43,965 bases of DNA from assembly GCA_040902705.1 (NCBI GenBank), contig JBBDWT010000038.1, positions 1-43,965 of the forward strand. Direction: 5' to 3'. Under the pieces are notes generated by a model. The model saw only the letters and a program-made list of their open reading frames with translations. It did no database searches and was not told where the DNA came from. Numbering within the stretch: the first letter of the stretch is position 1; every line of letters starts with the position of its first letter. Shown here in pieces: positions 42,590 to 43,965 of the stretch. The position numbers and the translations under genes were made by a program. Source of the stretch: Acidimicrobiia bacterium (GTDB lineage: Bacteria > Actinomycetota > Acidimicrobiia > IMCC26256 > PALSA-555).

Positions 42590-43965
42590 ATGCGGATGTC
42601 GCGACTCTTCCTGCGCACGCTGCGCGACGACCCGGCCGATGCCGACATCGACAGCCACCGCCTGCTGGTGCGGGCGGGGTGCATCCGCCGGCTCGCGAGC
42701 GGGGTCTACGCGTGGCTCCCGCTCGGCCAGCGCGTGCTCGCGAAGGTCGAGCAGATCGTGCGCGAGGAGATGGACGCCGCCGGCGCCCAGGAGATGACGC
42801 TCCCGATCGCACAGCCGCTCGAGCTCTGGAAGCAGTCGGGGCGCGACGAGGCGTACGGGCCGCTCATGTTCCGCCTGCACGATCGCAAGGACGCGGAGTT
42901 CTGCCTGTCGCCGACCGCCGAGGAGGCGATCACGTCGATCGTGGCGGGGGAGTACTCGAGCTATCGCGACCTCCCGCTGAACGTGTACCAGATCAACTGG
43001 AAGTACCGCGACGAGCTGCGCCCGCGCTTCGGGCTCCTGCGCGCGCGCGAGTTCCTCATGAAGGACGCATACTCGTTCCACGTCGACGTCGACGACCTCA
43101 AGCGGACATACGCCGACATGTACGACGCGTATGCCCGCGTGTTCGAGCGGTGCGCGCTCACGTTCCGTGCGGTCGAGGGCGAGTCGGGCGAGATCGGCGG
43201 CGACATCAACCACGAGTTCATGGCGGTCGCCGCGGTCGGGGAAGACGACTTCGTGTGGTGTCCGAGCTGCGACTACGCCGCGAACGTCGAGGTCGCGCGT
43301 CGCCGGTCGGAGCGTCGGGACGAGCCGGTGGGCGCACCCCCGCGCGAGAAGGTGCACACACCCGACATGCCCGGTATCACCGCGGTCGCCGCGCACCTCG
43401 GCCTCCCCGAGTCGGGACTGCTGAAGAGCATCGCGTTCGACCTCGACGGCACGCCCGCACTCGCCCTCGTGCCGGGCGACCGGGAGGTGAACCCCGTCGC
43501 CCTCGCGCAGGCGCTCGCGCCCCGCTCGGTGCGCCTCTACGACGAGGCCGACTTCGACGCGCACCCCGAGCTCGTCAAGGGCTACCTCGGACCGGACGCG
43601 TCCGGCCTCGCGCTCGTGGTCGCAGACCCGCTGGTCTCCGAGCCGCAGGCCTGGGTGACCGGAGCCAACGAGCTCGACCACCATGTCCGCGACTCGGTGC
43701 TCGGGCGCGACTTCGAGGTGCAGGAGTGGGCCGACCTGGTGGCCGTCGTGCCGGGCGATCCGTGCCCGAGCTGCGGTGCGGCGCTCGCGATCGACCGCGG
43801 CATCGAGGTGGGGCAGGTCTTCGAGATCGGCACCAAGTACTCCGAGGCCCTCGGCGGCCTCTACACCGACGAGGCGGGCGACCAGCACCCCATGGTCATG
43901 GGGTGCTACGGGATCGGCGTCTCGCGCATCGTCTCGGCCGTCGTCGAGCAGCATCACGACGACGA
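42590..43965 (+). CDS. proS: proline--tRNA ligase, N-terminal part (3' end lies outside the window)
   Basis: Not in the ORF track because it has no stop inside the window. ATG 42590 gives MRMSRLFLRTLRDDPADADIDSHRLLVRAGCIRRLASGVYAWLPLG..., the canonical bacterial ProRS N-terminus. Class II motif 2 is FGLLRAREFLMKDAYSF. Confidence 0.93.
   Translation, partial: MRMSRLFLRTLRDDPADADIDSHRLLVRAGCIRRLASGVYAWLPLGQRVLAKVEQIVREEMDAAGAQEMTLPIAQPLELWKQSGRDEAYGPLMFRLHDRKDAEFCLSPTAEEAITSIVAGEYSSYRDLPLNVYQINWKYRDELRPRFGLLRAREFLMKDAYSFHVDVDDLKRTYADMYDAYARVFERCALTFRAVEGESGEIGGDINHEFMAVAAVGEDDFVWCPSCDYAANVEVARRRSERRDEPVGAPPREKVHTPDMPGITAVAAHLGLPESGLLKSIAFDLDGTPALALVPGDREVNPVALAQALAPRSVRLYDEADFDAHPELVKGYLGPDASGLALVVADPLVSEPQAWVTGANELDHHVRDSVLGRDFEVQEWADLVAVVPGDPCPSCGAALAIDRGIEVGQVFEIGTKYSEALGGLYTDEAGDQHPMVMGCYGIGVSRIVSAVVEQHHDD

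Overview
Very GC-rich, gene-dense chromosomal core segment; third codon positions are almost all G/C. The content and order are typical of Actinomycetota: DUF2469, MurT/GatD, a WhiG-type sigma factor, and the yceD-rpmF ... ftsY-ffh-rpsP-KH-rimM-trmD-rplS ... xerC ... rpsB-tsf-pyrH-frr-cdsA-dxr-rseP-ispG backbone. lepB, rnhB and rlmN are absent from their usual backbone positions, so this may be a non-mycobacterial lineage, possibly Acidimicrobiia-like. That lineage guess is inference only.

I call 48 protein genes. Two are not in the supplied ORF track: rpmF (59 aa) and the open-ended proS at the 3' edge. I saw no rRNA, tRNA, CRISPR array, transposase or prophage genes. Many genes are joined by 1-11 nt start/stop overlaps.

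Most of the window is housekeeping. The observations most worth a second look are:
1. A 63-bp repeat containing a perfect hairpin sits in frame in ftsY (2.2 tandem copies), and a diverged copy forms the 3' end of rpsP.
2. A three-gene insertion lies between rseP and ispG: an ASCH-like/wHTH protein plus an overlapping XRE-HTH and minimal nucleotidyltransferase pair that resembles a toxin-antitoxin or defence module.
3. An M23 peptidase is fused to a GHSQGG alpha/beta-hydrolase domain. A secreted beta-propeller gene follows it, and a hairpin covers its ribosome-binding site.
4. A SAM-dependent methyltransferase is translationally coupled to murT-gatD.
5. The comM-dprA block is inverted relative to the flanking conserved synteny.
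6. SMC is unusually short (964 aa).
7. CdsA carries a ~240-aa disordered N-terminal extension with Tyr/Gly/Gln-rich repeats.
8. The sulfite-reductase leader carries a dense one-strand cluster of G-runs.

None of these is demonstrated to be a new system. Every functional call rests on motif recognition by eye, without database searches.
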